DNA of 52,136 nucleotides from a virus, in IMG/VR virus record IMGVR_UViG_3300033412_000022, positions 1 through 52,136 of that record. One strand, given 5' to 3'. Of this stretch, positions 38,699-47,728 are shown one piece after another (positions within the stretch are counted from its first letter, which is position 1; each line of letters begins with the position of its first letter). The translations under genes and the position numbers were made by a program. Below the pieces are notes generated by a model that saw only the letters and a program-made list of their open reading frames with translations, had not been told where the DNA came from and did no database searches.

Positions 38699-40479
38699 CG
38701 TCGGCGACGGATGGAGCGAACCAGTGAGGTGGGACGCATCCCGGCGGGCGCGTCGTTCGTATCGAAAATGAAATCGGGCGCGGCGGCAAGCACAAAGCCG
38801 TCGCCATCATCGCAGGAGCGTTTCTTGCGCTTTTTGAAGTCGTCCTTAGCCTCTATCTGCTTGACGGAAATCCCCTGCCAGTTGACGTATCCGTAGGTGC
38901 GTTCGCACAGGTCGGCTTCGAGGGCATCGGGCGGGCGAACGATAGCGAGACGCTTAATGCTCTCGGCGGCATGGGCATACATCTCAGTGGCCCGATTACG
39001 ATAACTTTTCTCATCATGCGGGTTGCCGCCAAAATGGACTTCGATAATCCGCAGGTCGGCGAACAGGTCCTGTAGTTGCGCGTCCGCGTTCAGGTTGTCA
39101 ATGACGCCAGACCCGAACCCTCCGCCGCCGTCTATGCGGAAGTGAAGGCTCGTTACTCCCTGCTCCGACAGCCAGAGCGCCGCGGTCTTTGCCTGCCGCG
39201 TGTATTCACCGCTGTCCTGCTGGGCGAGCTGCCCCCATCGCCATACCCTGCCGCTCCAGCGAACATAGATAGTCCCGTAGTCCTTGCCGAACCTAGCCGC
39301 GTCAATCCCGATACGCGCCCAATTGGGATCGTCAATTGCCGGATCTCGGTCTTTTGACGCTTCGTATCTCCCGACCGGACAAAAGGTGTTATCGGCCAGG
39401 TTCGCCGGAGCGATGCCGCGCACGCGGAATAGGAACTCCGCGTCAGGTTTCCAGTGCGTAAGAGCAGGTAGAGCGCGGCCCTTATAGAGGACTGGATACG
39501 GGACGGTGAAAGTGTGGTTGTCAGGGTCATCGGTTTCTACCGGCTCGCAGTGGTCCTCAATCATCGAGAGAACATAATCACGGCGCACGGCTCCGGGAAC
39601 GAGTTCCTTGCCCGCCACCACGTTCGGATGGTGCAGGCAGGAGATGCGGAAACTTCGGGTGTTGGATCTGTCTTTTTGCTTATGGAAACGGGAACTTCGA
39701 GTCTCCGGGTTCGCGAACATGAGAACAATGGCGATGCCGCCCGATGTCATGGATTCGATAGCGTTAAAGACATAATCATCTACAGCTTCCGCTTCATCCA
39801 CGATAAACATGAGGTGTTCCCCATGCTGACCATGGACACGATGCGAGCCTTTATTGCCGCTGTTATCGGTCGCTCTGCCTGCTGCAAACCACGTAGGGGA
39901 TGGGGTCTTTATCTCGCAGGTTTCGAGTATTCTGCCAGGGAGGTTCTTACCCTGCCTATCGTCCTTGATTTCTTTCCAGAGAAGCTGCTTTATCTGATAA
40001 CTTGTCGGGGCGAACGTGTAAATGATGGGCCGGAAGTTATCGAAGAAGTGCGAAAATATGCCTGCGGCAAGCTTTGTCTTTCCGACAGTATGGCCAGCTT
40101 CGACACGGATAACGTTTTGGATAATGTCGCCGGGCGTCCAGTACAGCAGATCCGCTTCGGCGACTTTCCCGAGTTCAAAGTCTCGCCGCTCATGGAGCTG
40201 AAGCAGCGCCAGATTGTAGGCTTCAATAACCTCCGCCTGACCGGGCTTATCCATTGTCCCTCGCCAGGGCGTCCATCCAAGTTTCTCCGTGATGTAATCA
40301 ACCGCCTTGAAGCGGTAGCGGCTGTTCTCTTCCTTCCCGAACGTATCAGCAAGCCTGGCTGACCTAATACCCAATACCGCCGGGTTATCACTTGGGGCGG
40401 CCTGCTGGTCTGGGTAAATCAATTCTGCTCCAACGCCCTTCAACGTTTTCGAGAATTGCGGCGCGTAAAGACTCGTCAT
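38695..40479 (-). CDS. terL: Terminase large subunit
   Basis: Walker A GHTVGKTK and Walker B LMFIVDEAE; 594 aa; lies upstream of the portal gene. Confidence 0.85.
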   Translation of the reverse strand: MTSLYAPQFSKTLKGVGAELIYPDQQAAPSDNPAVLGIRSARLADTFGKEENSRYRFKAVDYITEKLGWTPWRGTMDKPGQAEVIEAYNLALLQLHERRDFELGKVAEADLLYWTPGDIIQNVIRVEAGHTVGKTKLAAGIFSHFFDNFRPIIYTFAPTSYQIKQLLWKEIKDDRQGKNLPGRILETCEIKTPSPTWFAAGRATDNSGNKGSHRVHGQHGEHLMFIVDEAEAVDDYVFNAIESMTSGGIAIVLMFANPETRSSRFHKQKDRSNTRSFRISCLHHPNVVAGKELVPGAVRRDYVLSMIEDHCEPVETDDPDNHTFTVPYPVLYKGRALPALTHWKPDAEFLFRVRGIAPANLADNTFCPVGRYEASKDRDPAIDDPNWARIGIDAARFGKDYGTIYVRWSGRVWRWGQLAQQDSGEYTRQAKTAALWLSEQGVTSLHFRIDGGGGFGSGVIDNLNADAQLQDLFADLRIIEVHFGGNPHDEKSYRNRATEMYAHAAESIKRLAIVRPPDALEADLCERTYGYVNWQGISVKQIEAKDDFKKRKKRSCDDGDGFVLAAAPDFIFDTNDAPAGMRPTSLVRSIRRRR

Positions 40480-41176
40480 CTACAGTGTCCGCGAGGCCAT
40501 GGTAGAGTTCAAAGCCGAACTCCTGCAGCTTTTCGCGCAGGGCATTGAGCGTGATGCTGCCCTCCTGGCGACTGCGCTGGATCTTCTCGATCAGCGCGCC
40601 AATACTGACAATGAAACTGCCGACCTTGAGAATGTCCGACACTTCCCGCGGCTTATTCTGAAACGCAATCGGTGCGGGGACTGGCGGCGGTTCGGGGTAA
40701 ACCTCCATCTTCGGAGGTTCAGGCCATCCGCCGCGGTAGTGGTGCTGTACTCTCTCCACCGTTTCCCGGTACGCTTGCCACTCGGCTTTCCAAGTCGCGT
40801 ATCCTTCCTGCCACTTCTCATAGGTTAAATGCCACTCGGAAACGGCGTTGCCAAACGCGGGATTGAAGGATGCGTGCCAACCGAGGAGCGCTTCGGTGTT
40901 TTCGTCATACCGTTCAATGTAATCCAGAATGAGCGCCCGGAGCAACTGAACTTCGGGAAGCAGGTCTTCCTGATTCTCTTCCTCCTGGAACGACTCGAGC
41001 AGTTCCTTGATGCGCGGCCTGCGGATCGCCGAGTACCTGGAACGCAGACCATGCTTGATCGGGGTTGCGCCGCCATGTAATTTACAGCGACCTTCGCCTA
41101 CATGGTTCGTCCCCCACCCAGCAGGACGCTGGCAAGGTTGCTTGCTTTTCGTGTTTGCTCCACAAACATCTGTCAT
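40388..41176 (-). CDS. terS: Terminase small subunit (tentative)
   Basis: The N-terminal CGANTKSKQPCQRPAGWGTNHVGEGRCKLHGG motif is common in small-terminase-like proteins, and the gene lies directly upstream of terL. Confidence 0.55.
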   Translation of the reverse strand: MTDVCGANTKSKQPCQRPAGWGTNHVGEGRCKLHGGATPIKHGLRSRYSAIRRPRIKELLESFQEEENQEDLLPEVQLLRALILDYIERYDENTEALLGWHASFNPAFGNAVSEWHLTYEKWQEGYATWKAEWQAYRETVERVQHHYRGGWPEPPKMEVYPEPPPVPAPIAFQNKPREVSDILKVGSFIVSIGALIEKIQRSRQEGSITLNALREKLQEFGFELYHGLADTVDDESLRAAILENVEGRWSRIDLPRPAGRPK

Positions 41177-41213
41177 GGGGTATGTCTGGAAACCGCCCTG
41201 TCATGGGGTATGT
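41170..41213. repeat. Two 16-bp direct repeats, CTGTCATGGGGTATGT, 28 bp apart, at the terS start
   Basis: Copies at 41170..41185 (contains the terS ATG) and 41198..41213, abutting palindrome copy 3. Confidence 0.85.
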
Positions 41214-41235
41214 GATTATTCGGCGCCGAATAATC
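41214..41235. repeat. Palindrome copy 3: GATTATTCGGCGCCGAATAATC (22 bp, perfect)
   Basis: Directly downstream of the 94-aa ORF stop and 38 nt upstream of the terS ATG. Confidence 0.9.
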
Positions 41236-41520
41236 CTATATCCGCGCTTCTCGCATCCGTCGCCGGAGCAGTGTCAAACCCTGTTCGGTGACTTGGCCTC
41301 GCCGCCCGCTACCCGGCGCCATGTGCCCTGCCATCTCCATGATTTCGGCAGGGATACCGCGAGCGGGAATGTCGTGAGAGAAGCCGTATCCCTGTGCCTG
41401 GAATGTCAACGCCTTCTCTCGCGCTTGCCGCGCGGCTTCTCGCTCCTGGGCCTTCTGCTCTTTTGTCCGGGTGTTGTTCATGGAAAGCATAAAGGCCCAC
41501 GCCAACAATGCGGAGTGCAT
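41236..41520 (-). CDS. Hypothetical basic protein (start uncertain)
   Basis: ORF of up to 94 aa; the MNNTRTKEQKAQ start at 41481 is also possible. Confidence 0.35.
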   Translation of the reverse strand: MHSALLAWAFMLSMNNTRTKEQKAQEREAARQAREKALTFQAQGYGFSHDIPARGIPAEIMEMAGHMAPGSGRRGQVTEQGLTLLRRRMREARI

Positions 41521-41669
41521 TGCGGCGCGGGCCTGGAGTATCTGGTCCGGCTCGCTCTGGCTGCCGGGATAGGGCCTTCAATTGTCGAAAGGTGGGCGGA
41601 ATCAGGTTTGCTAGTCCCGCCCAATTAGGGAAGACGCGTGTTCGATTCCGTCTTACTACATACGCAAAA

Positions 41670-41699
41670 ATCGTATCTTTAGCAACAGCGCATAGTCAA
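41670..41699 (-). promoter_or_regulatory. Candidate late promoter TTGACT-18-TACGAT
   Basis: -35 at 41699..41694 overlaps the stop of the HTH gene; -10 at 41675..41670. Two hairpins follow in a leader of about 150 nt. Confidence 0.4.
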
Positions 41700-42037
41700 T
41701 TTGCACTATCTTTGCTGTTTTGCGCTCCTTGCAGACCCTCTTTGACCTTTTCGCGTATCGCCGCCTGATACCGGAAGTAGATGCGCCTGACAGTATTCCT
41801 GTGGCATCCGGTGAGGCGCGCGGCATCGCTGAAACTGCCCGTCGCGAGGTAGGCGTCTATCATCTGCAACTCTGCACTGGTGATGTTAGAGAGCGGCGGT
41901 ATGGAGCGCGTGGCGGTCAATCCCGTAACCCCCCGCTTCCCCCACGGTAGGCCATGAATGCCACCGGGATAAACATCACGATTAGCGCCACCAGGCACAC
42001 AGCCCGGATCAGAATCCTGAACGGGAGTAAAATCCAC
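41696..42037 (-). CDS. HTH DNA-binding protein (candidate late-gene regulator)
   Basis: ELQMIDAYLATGSFSDAARLTGCHRNTVRRIYFRY is an HTH (resolvase / IS-type). The N-terminal extent is uncertain. Confidence 0.5.
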   Translation of the reverse strand: MDFTPVQDSDPGCVPGGANRDVYPGGIHGLPWGKRGVTGLTATRSIPPLSNITSAELQMIDAYLATGSFSDAARLTGCHRNTVRRIYFRYQAAIREKVKEGLQGAQNSKDSAN

Positions 42038-42038
42038 T

Positions 42039-45000
42039 TCATCCTGTTACCTCCTGGTCAATTGTTACCCTTACTCTTTCCTCTTCCAGGAACGCCGTCA
42101 GCCTTGCTATGTCGGCGGCGCTTGGGATGGGGGAGAGGTTGCCCAGCATATCGGTGAGGGCGGCGTCTTTCGTCTCACCGAGACCGAGTTCAATACCACC
42201 TGCGATGTGGACAGCAACCTGCCAGGTAGGTTTCCCGCTCACCTTCGGCTGAGACCATTGCGCCGTGAGGGTGTCATCGTTAAGGTCTTCCGGTTCGATC
42301 CCCAGAGCCTCGAACATGGTCACGGTTTCCGGCGGTGTATCTGGTGTATCTCCGGTTTTGGGGGAATCCTGAGATACACCAGGCATTTCCCTCTCAAAAC
42401 GTGTATCTGGTGTATCTTGTGTATCTTTTTCGGGGTTAGCCTCTCGCGTGTGCGTAGGCGCGTGCGCGTTAGGCGTGTATGCGCCTGTGTCATGCGCGCC
42501 CGCATATGCGCGTGTGCGCAGGGACTGCGAAAAAGATACACAAGATACACCAGATACACTTTTCTCTCTCGTAGGGTCGGTGTATCTCGCCAATTCCGGC
42601 GAAATCGGAGATACACCGAGATACACATTCTCTCCCCCTGGAATCGCGTCCGGTGTATCTCGTGTATCTTGAGATACACTTTCGCCGGAACCGCTAAAAG
42701 GGTCATCCGGTGTATCTCGTGTATCTTGTGTATCTGTTTTCCGGGTGTTTTGCGGGGGCGATTTCAACTCTAAATCGTTGGGCTGAGCGCCCTTTCCCCC
42801 TACCGATTCCAGGTAGTAGCGCGCCACGCGCTGGTAGGCTTTGCCCTGGCGAATGCGCTTCCCGCCGTAGACGCGCTCCATCTGCTGCCGGAGTTTCGTG
42901 CCCAGACTGACCCGTCCGCCGCGCGTGTTCTCGCTGACAATATCATGGTCAATGGCGATTTCGATCAGGTCTTCCACGCCAATCTCCGCCGTAGACCAGC
43001 GTTCCCACCAGGCTCCGACAAACCCTTGCCACCGCTCGCGTTCCGGGTCCGCGCGGTCGTACAGGTCCTCGCGATTCGCCAGGAAGTCAGTTTCCCCGAT
43101 AGCATTCATTACCCCGCCAATGGCGCGGCAGTAGCCTCCGAATCCCCCAATCGGCTTTCCGTCCCAATGGGGCCGTCCGGCCTTTATCCAGCGACGCAGG
43201 AGGATGACACAGGCCGCCACCAGATCGGGGCGTTGCTCCCAGACGAACGCGCCGAGGTCGGGAATCGTGAACCCGCTCCGGTCCTCGGGCTTCTCCTCCT
43301 GGCTGTCCAGGCGAATCCAGATAGAGCGGCGCGGGAAGTCGCCTTCCAGTTGGATATTGTTCCCGGTGAGGACCCAGGCGCACCGAACCGGCAGGCGCTC
43401 CATATCGGAGGTTCCAAGCCGCCGGTGCGCCATCTCCGGCGCGGTAATGGCAAGGGCCAGCGCGCCGCTGTCCAGTTTGAACTTCAGATTATCCAGCCAG
43501 ACATATTGCGGCGATTCACCGAGAGCCGCCCCGAGCAATTTGCGCCATTCGTCCTCATCTTTCTTCGACGGGCAGTAGGTCGCTCCGGGTTTCTCGCCGG
43601 TCGCTATGGCAAGGCAGGTTTCCGCGAGCAGAGACTTGCCAGAGCCTTGTACGGGCGCGTCAATGAGGTGTAGAGGCGTCGCGCCGCTGATATAGGGTCG
43701 CAGGAAGGGCAGGAGAATTAAAGCCAGGGCATGGGTTTTGCTCGCCTTGTCCGCGAACGGGAAGTCTTTCAGGACCCGATTCAGGAGCAGGTCTTTCGCC
43801 CACGTCAGGTTCTCGTCTGTCGGCGTTGTGTCTGGCAGTTCCCGGTCATCGGCGGGCTGGTAATAGACCGCCGCGTCTGGCAGGTAGCCGGGTGTGGTCA
43901 CCAGCTCCCCGCTGGGGCCAACCACGGGAGCCGCCACGATTGCTTCCAGAAGCGGGAAGTGTTGCGCCAGATCCGGCAACACCAGCAGGTCTTCGACGAC
44001 GGTGCGCGGCGGCGCGATGTGGGTGATGTTGCCCCGTTCATCCTCCGCCACCCAGTTGGCGACACGGGCAAGGCGTCCCCGAAGCTCGAGAACGCCAACA
44101 GAGTGGATGCGGGCCCTGCCGTGCCGGTCTTTCACCACCTGAACCAGCCCGCGGTCACGCGAGAAGAGGGTAGGGCCATCCTCCCCGCTGTTGGCGACAA
44201 GGAGCGCCTTCAGGCCATCGGCGGTGATGTCCGGCAGCGGGCGGTCTACCGTCTGGATCGAAACCAGGCCGGCCTGCGGGGAGACATCGGCAGCGTCGGC
44301 GTCTCCCAGGGTGTCTACTTTCGGAGTCGGCGCGGGCGTCCGCTTTCGGGTGGCGGATTGCTTTGGCGCTCCCTGTTGAGTATTGGGTGTTGAGTGTTGA
44401 GTGTTAGGCGCGGGCCGCGTCCCTCCGCCAGACCACCCGGCGGATTGTTCTCTCGCCTTCATCAGTTCCCGGAGCGCTCGCCAGTCGTTGCTCTTGCAGG
44501 AGTTGTGCGAGCATCCGAATGCCGCCGCGCCGGTCGCGGTCACATACAGCACCGCATCCGGCGACTTGTGGCTGCCATTGAACGGGCAGTCTATTTGCCA
44601 CTTGGTTCCGCCCTTGTGCGGTTCGCCGCTGGGGAGCGCGAGACCAACCGCGCGCGCCCACCCTTCCATATCGAAGGGTGCAGACGGCCCGGTGTAGTCA
44701 CTGCTGGTGGATGGCGCTGGTTTCTGCTCTTGCGGCGCTTCGGCGGCCAGGGCTTCCAGTTGCTGCCTGGTGACAAGCATCACCTCCGGCGGCGCATAGA
44801 GCAGCTTGGACAGGCGGTGTGGTCGGTCGGGAGTATCGTCCCCTTTCTTCGCCACTGTGCCGTACAACTTAAAGATCCGCCCCGCGTTGAAATTCCCGGT
44901 GTCAACCTGGATGCTCTCGCTGTCGAACCGGGCGGCGAGCGCCTTCAGGCACTTCTCAAACACCAGCCGGGTGGCGTCGTCGTTGGGTTCGTCGCAGGCA

Positions 45001-45533
45001 ACCAGGAGGTGGCCGCCGTTGCCGCTGTCCGCGCAGACGATGGAGCGTTCGGGCCAACCGCGCTCAACAACGAGGTATTCCCGAATCTTGCGCGCGAGCT
45101 GCAGCGCTGCCTTGTGTTCGGTATCGCTTGCGCTGATTCCCGCCGGTCGCTTTGCGTCGGTGTCAATGGGGAGCCACCAGCGGCGGATGATGTCCACATC
45201 GCTGGTCTGGGGCTTGAGATAGTCCGTTGTTCTGTTGGCGCTCCGGGCGAGCAGAGCCGGGTTTATCTGGTTAAGCACCAGGTAGATCCCGTGGGATGCC
45301 TGCATCTTCGTGCTGGTGGCGTCCTTCACCAGGTCCGCAATATGTTCCGGGTCGTAGTACCCGGCAATAGCGTTATCGCGACCTCGGAGTGCTCCGAGGC
45401 CGCGCAGTTCGACGATCCCGGTGTCTCGTCGCAACGTCGCAACAGTCCGGGCAATCATGTCTCTATCGGGCAGAATTTTAATGCTCACAGTGTTTGTGCT
45501 GTCGTCCTTAAAATCGGTTGCAAACTCTCCCAC
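42039..45533 (-). CDS. Primase-polymerase (AEP) fused to an SF3/D5-like helicase, with a repeat-rich C-terminal region
   Basis: AEP motifs WLPIDTD and SGNGGHLL; Cys/His cluster CPFNGSHK...CSHNSC; Walker A APVQGSGKS. C-terminal DTQDT/DTRDTPD repeats. Confidence 0.8.
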   Translation of the reverse strand: MGEFATDFKDDSTNTVSIKILPDRDMIARTVATLRRDTGIVELRGLGALRGRDNAIAGYYDPEHIADLVKDATSTKMQASHGIYLVLNQINPALLARSANRTTDYLKPQTSDVDIIRRWWLPIDTDAKRPAGISASDTEHKAALQLARKIREYLVVERGWPERSIVCADSGNGGHLLVACDEPNDDATRLVFEKCLKALAARFDSESIQVDTGNFNAGRIFKLYGTVAKKGDDTPDRPHRLSKLLYAPPEVMLVTRQQLEALAAEAPQEQKPAPSTSSDYTGPSAPFDMEGWARAVGLALPSGEPHKGGTKWQIDCPFNGSHKSPDAVLYVTATGAAAFGCSHNSCKSNDWRALRELMKAREQSAGWSGGGTRPAPNTQHSTPNTQQGAPKQSATRKRTPAPTPKVDTLGDADAADVSPQAGLVSIQTVDRPLPDITADGLKALLVANSGEDGPTLFSRDRGLVQVVKDRHGRARIHSVGVLELRGRLARVANWVAEDERGNITHIAPPRTVVEDLLVLPDLAQHFPLLEAIVAAPVVGPSGELVTTPGYLPDAAVYYQPADDRELPDTTPTDENLTWAKDLLLNRVLKDFPFADKASKTHALALILLPFLRPYISGATPLHLIDAPVQGSGKSLLAETCLAIATGEKPGATYCPSKKDEDEWRKLLGAALGESPQYVWLDNLKFKLDSGALALAITAPEMAHRRLGTSDMERLPVRCAWVLTGNNIQLEGDFPRRSIWIRLDSQEEKPEDRSGFTIPDLGAFVWEQRPDLVAACVILLRRWIKAGRPHWDGKPIGGFGGYCRAIGGVMNAIGETDFLANREDLYDRADPERERWQGFVGAWWERWSTAEIGVEDLIEIAIDHDIVSENTRGGRVSLGTKLRQQMERVYGGKRIRQGKAYQRVARYYLESVGGKGAQPNDLELKSPPQNTRKTDTQDTRDTPDDPFSGSGESVSQDTRDTPDAIPGGENVYLGVSPISPELARYTDPTREKSVSGVSCVSFSQSLRTRAYAGAHDTGAYTPNAHAPTHTREANPEKDTQDTPDTRFEREMPGVSQDSPKTGDTPDTPPETVTMFEALGIEPEDLNDDTLTAQWSQPKVSGKPTWQVAVHIAGGIELGLGETKDAALTDMLGNLSPIPSAADIARLTAFLEEERVRVTIDQEVTG
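42335..42735. repeat. Iteron-like array: 18 copies of GTGTATCT/AGATACAC (candidate replication origin inside the primase-helicase gene)
   Basis: Plus-strand GTGTATCT at 42335, 42344, 42401, 42410, 42419, 42580, 42653, 42662, 42710, 42719 and 42728. AGATACAC at 42372, 42534, 42543, 42552, 42609, 42619 and 42672. Triplets have 9-bp spacing. Confidence 0.8.
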
Positions 45534-46057
45534 AGGTCGGCGGGTGCATCAAACAAGCCTTGCATCCCACGGAAGGGAATCGGTTCTGGCAGGGCGCGAA
45601 CGTCGGAAAGCATCCAGGCAAAGCGACCATTGGCGTAGTTGCCGAAGGCTGCCTCTTTCACACTGATTTCCAGTTCTTTACCGAGGTCGTAAGTAATGCA
45701 CCGGCCCTCTTTTGGTGTGCGGAACGGGTCAATTAGATCTTCATCGCTAATCGGAGGAATGTATGCGACACTGCGCATGGGCAGGCAGTTTGCCAGTCTC
45801 GCAACGGCAACAATTTTGCCTAGAGGAAGCATCACATCCGCATGGCAGATGTGTTCAAACTTCCGTTCCATCGCTTCACGGAAGAACGGTTCACGGCATT
45901 GCGCCTTCTCCTCGCGAGTCCAACGCTTCGCCGCGTGAATGGCGATCAGCCCCCGGTAGTTCGTGCCCCAGGATCGGGTTTCGATTTGCTTGTCTCCCCA
46001 GGCAACGAGACTTGCCCACGGCTGCCACAGAGAAATGACTTTGATTGGTTCAGACAT
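45485..46057 (-). CDS. ASCH-domain protein
   Basis: ISLWQPWASLVAWGDKQIETRSW...GLIAIHAAK is the typical ASCH N-terminal pattern. Confidence 0.6.
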   Translation of the reverse strand: MSEPIKVISLWQPWASLVAWGDKQIETRSWGTNYRGLIAIHAAKRWTREEKAQCREPFFREAMERKFEHICHADVMLPLGKIVAVARLANCLPMRSVAYIPPISDEDLIDPFRTPKEGRCITYDLGKELEISVKEAAFGNYANGRFAWMLSDVRALPEPIPFRGMQGLFDAPADLWESLQPILRTTAQTL

Positions 46058-46655
46058 TGGATGCCACCTTTACCTGTCGTAATTTCCGACTACCAGGCCC
46101 GAACAATGGCGGTTGGTCCTTCGCCATCTGCTCCGTCCGCCACACTCCCCAGGTTGCTTCACACACTGCCAGAGCATCCGCAATGGCTTCACTATTGAGG
46201 CAGTCCCCTATCGGCAGGCGGTGGATGTTCCGCGCCCATGCCATCGCCGCGTTCTTCGCCGGGTAGCGCGTCATCTGGCTGCCATGGTAGGCGTTCTTGG
46301 CTGTCCCAGGGGCGATGTCGTGGTGTGTCGCGGAGAGGAGGCAGGGGAGGGAGAGGATGCCGCCGCAGACCATGAACAGCGCCTCTGTTACCGCGTTCTT
46401 GGTCTTGGGCGAATAGAACGGCCACTCGCACCCAACCACGTCCACGGGAGGCAACTCCTTCAGCCAACCCTCGATACTCTCCCGCATTTCGGCGACACGG
46501 ATGGAACGGTCAGTGAGGGAATGACCGGGACTGGTAGCGCCAACAGCGGCCCACCGGATAGGCCGGAAGCCGCTGCGGGTGCACTGCGCGAGCACCACCC
46601 CGGCCAGGTGCGTGCCGGGGTCAATGCCGAGGATATGGATTGCGGGAGGGTTCAT
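46050..46655 (-). CDS. RuvC-like Holliday junction resolvase
   Basis: ILGIDPGTHLAGVVL (catalytic Asp), VGCEWPF (Glu) and SEAIADALAV (Asp). Confidence 0.65.
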   Translation of the reverse strand: MNPPAIHILGIDPGTHLAGVVLAQCTRSGFRPIRWAAVGATSPGHSLTDRSIRVAEMRESIEGWLKELPPVDVVGCEWPFYSPKTKNAVTEALFMVCGGILSLPCLLSATHHDIAPGTAKNAYHGSQMTRYPAKNAAMAWARNIHRLPIGDCLNSEAIADALAVCEATWGVWRTEQMAKDQPPLFGPGSRKLRQVKVASNV

Positions 46656-47728
46656 TTAGCCGCTCTTTCCGTCTGCGCATTGTTTGCGTAGACCGGGTGC
46701 ATGGCGCTGGTGAGCGTCACTCGATCCCAAACGCCGTTGTTTTTCTTCAGCCAACGGGCGACGGGTTTGGGGAGCGGATGCGGGAGCGGGGCGTTGATAG
46801 CAACGACCAGGTATTCATCGGTGGTTCGGTCGAGGTAGATGTCGAATCGTCCTTCCTTCTCGAAAAGGCGCTTGCCTGTTTCTTCGGCTTCGGAGGAGGC
46901 TTTCATCCGGTCGAAGATGTTGGACGGGTCTGCCGGTTGGAATTTCGGCGTGGGGCCAGTAGGATTGATGTTTATTTTCGTTTCGCGACTAACGAGGTGA
47001 GGCCGACGATCCTCCGGGGTTGTTTTTGCCGGGTCGGGCCGCGTTGGGTTAATGGAAGATGTTTCCGCCCGCTTCCTCCGAGCGTAGTTGGCCTGGTAGG
47101 CGTTCATGCACTTTTTGCATTTGGAGGAGGCGCGGAACTTGCCGCGATAGTCGCAGACGGAGCATTCCCACTCTACTTCTGGTTGCGGGGTTTGAGCAGT
47201 CCCTCCTGGGGGTTCTGGAGCATCGCTTCCACTTCCGGCAACATCGCCAGGAGTCTCCGTCTCACTCCCCATAGGAACGCTATCCCGTTGTCCTGCGAGG
47301 TCGTTTCCTCCACTATCCCCAGGTCGAACTTCAGACTCTTCGCGTTGTCCTGAAGGCGCTTCAATCTCTTCTGGTTTCGTTTCCCCAGTTGCATCCTGTT
47401 CCTCCGCAGGTTCCTCGTCCCGATACCGATTGGTGTATTTCGCGTCGTTCACCAACTCCATCAGTGGGCGCACGGCAACCGCTTTCGGTATTGGCTCCGG
47501 CAGGTGCGGTTGTAGCACCATATTGGTTAGCGGATCCTCATCTTCGTCCATGCGAATCAACGAGCTGGTGAGACCCAGGCGGGCAAGACCTTCCTCAAAG
47601 TGGGCGCGCGCGGCTTCGAGGCGGACGCGACGAGCAGCGTCCGCCTCGAGCGCCTCTTCATCAAAACGGGCGTAAAGGTCAAAGATCGTTGCCCGGTTAT
47701 TCAGAATGATTTCTGCAACGTTAGCCAT
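46652..47728 (-). CDS. Acidic hypothetical protein with a central zinc ribbon
   Basis: WECSVCDY...CKKC. Start taken at ATG 47728 (ATGGCTAA overlap with the ThiF-like stop). Confidence 0.5.
   Translation of the reverse strand: MANVAEIILNNRATIFDLYARFDEEALEADAARRVRLEAARAHFEEGLARLGLTSSLIRMDEDEDPLTNMVLQPHLPEPIPKAVAVRPLMELVNDAKYTNRYRDEEPAEEQDATGETKPEEIEAPSGQREESEVRPGDSGGNDLAGQRDSVPMGSETETPGDVAGSGSDAPEPPGGTAQTPQPEVEWECSVCDYRGKFRASSKCKKCMNAYQANYARRKRAETSSINPTRPDPAKTTPEDRRPHLVSRETKININPTGPTPKFQPADPSNIFDRMKASSEAEETGKRLFEKEGRFDIYLDRTTDEYLVVAINAPLPHPLPKPVARWLKKNNGVWDRVTLTSAMHPVYANNAQTERAAK

Noticed and set aside
41630-41670. tRNA-like GTGTTCGATTCCGTC motif.
   Set aside because: The flanking bases cannot form a 5-bp T-stem (GCGTG versus CCGTC) and no cloverleaf can be built. 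It more likely belongs to the AAGACG/CGTCTT hairpin in the late leader.
42335-42735. The repeat cluster considered as a CRISPR array.
   Set aside because: The repeat unit is only 8-9 nt, occurs in both orientations, is often directly tandem without spacers, and lies inside a CDS. It is not CRISPR architecture.
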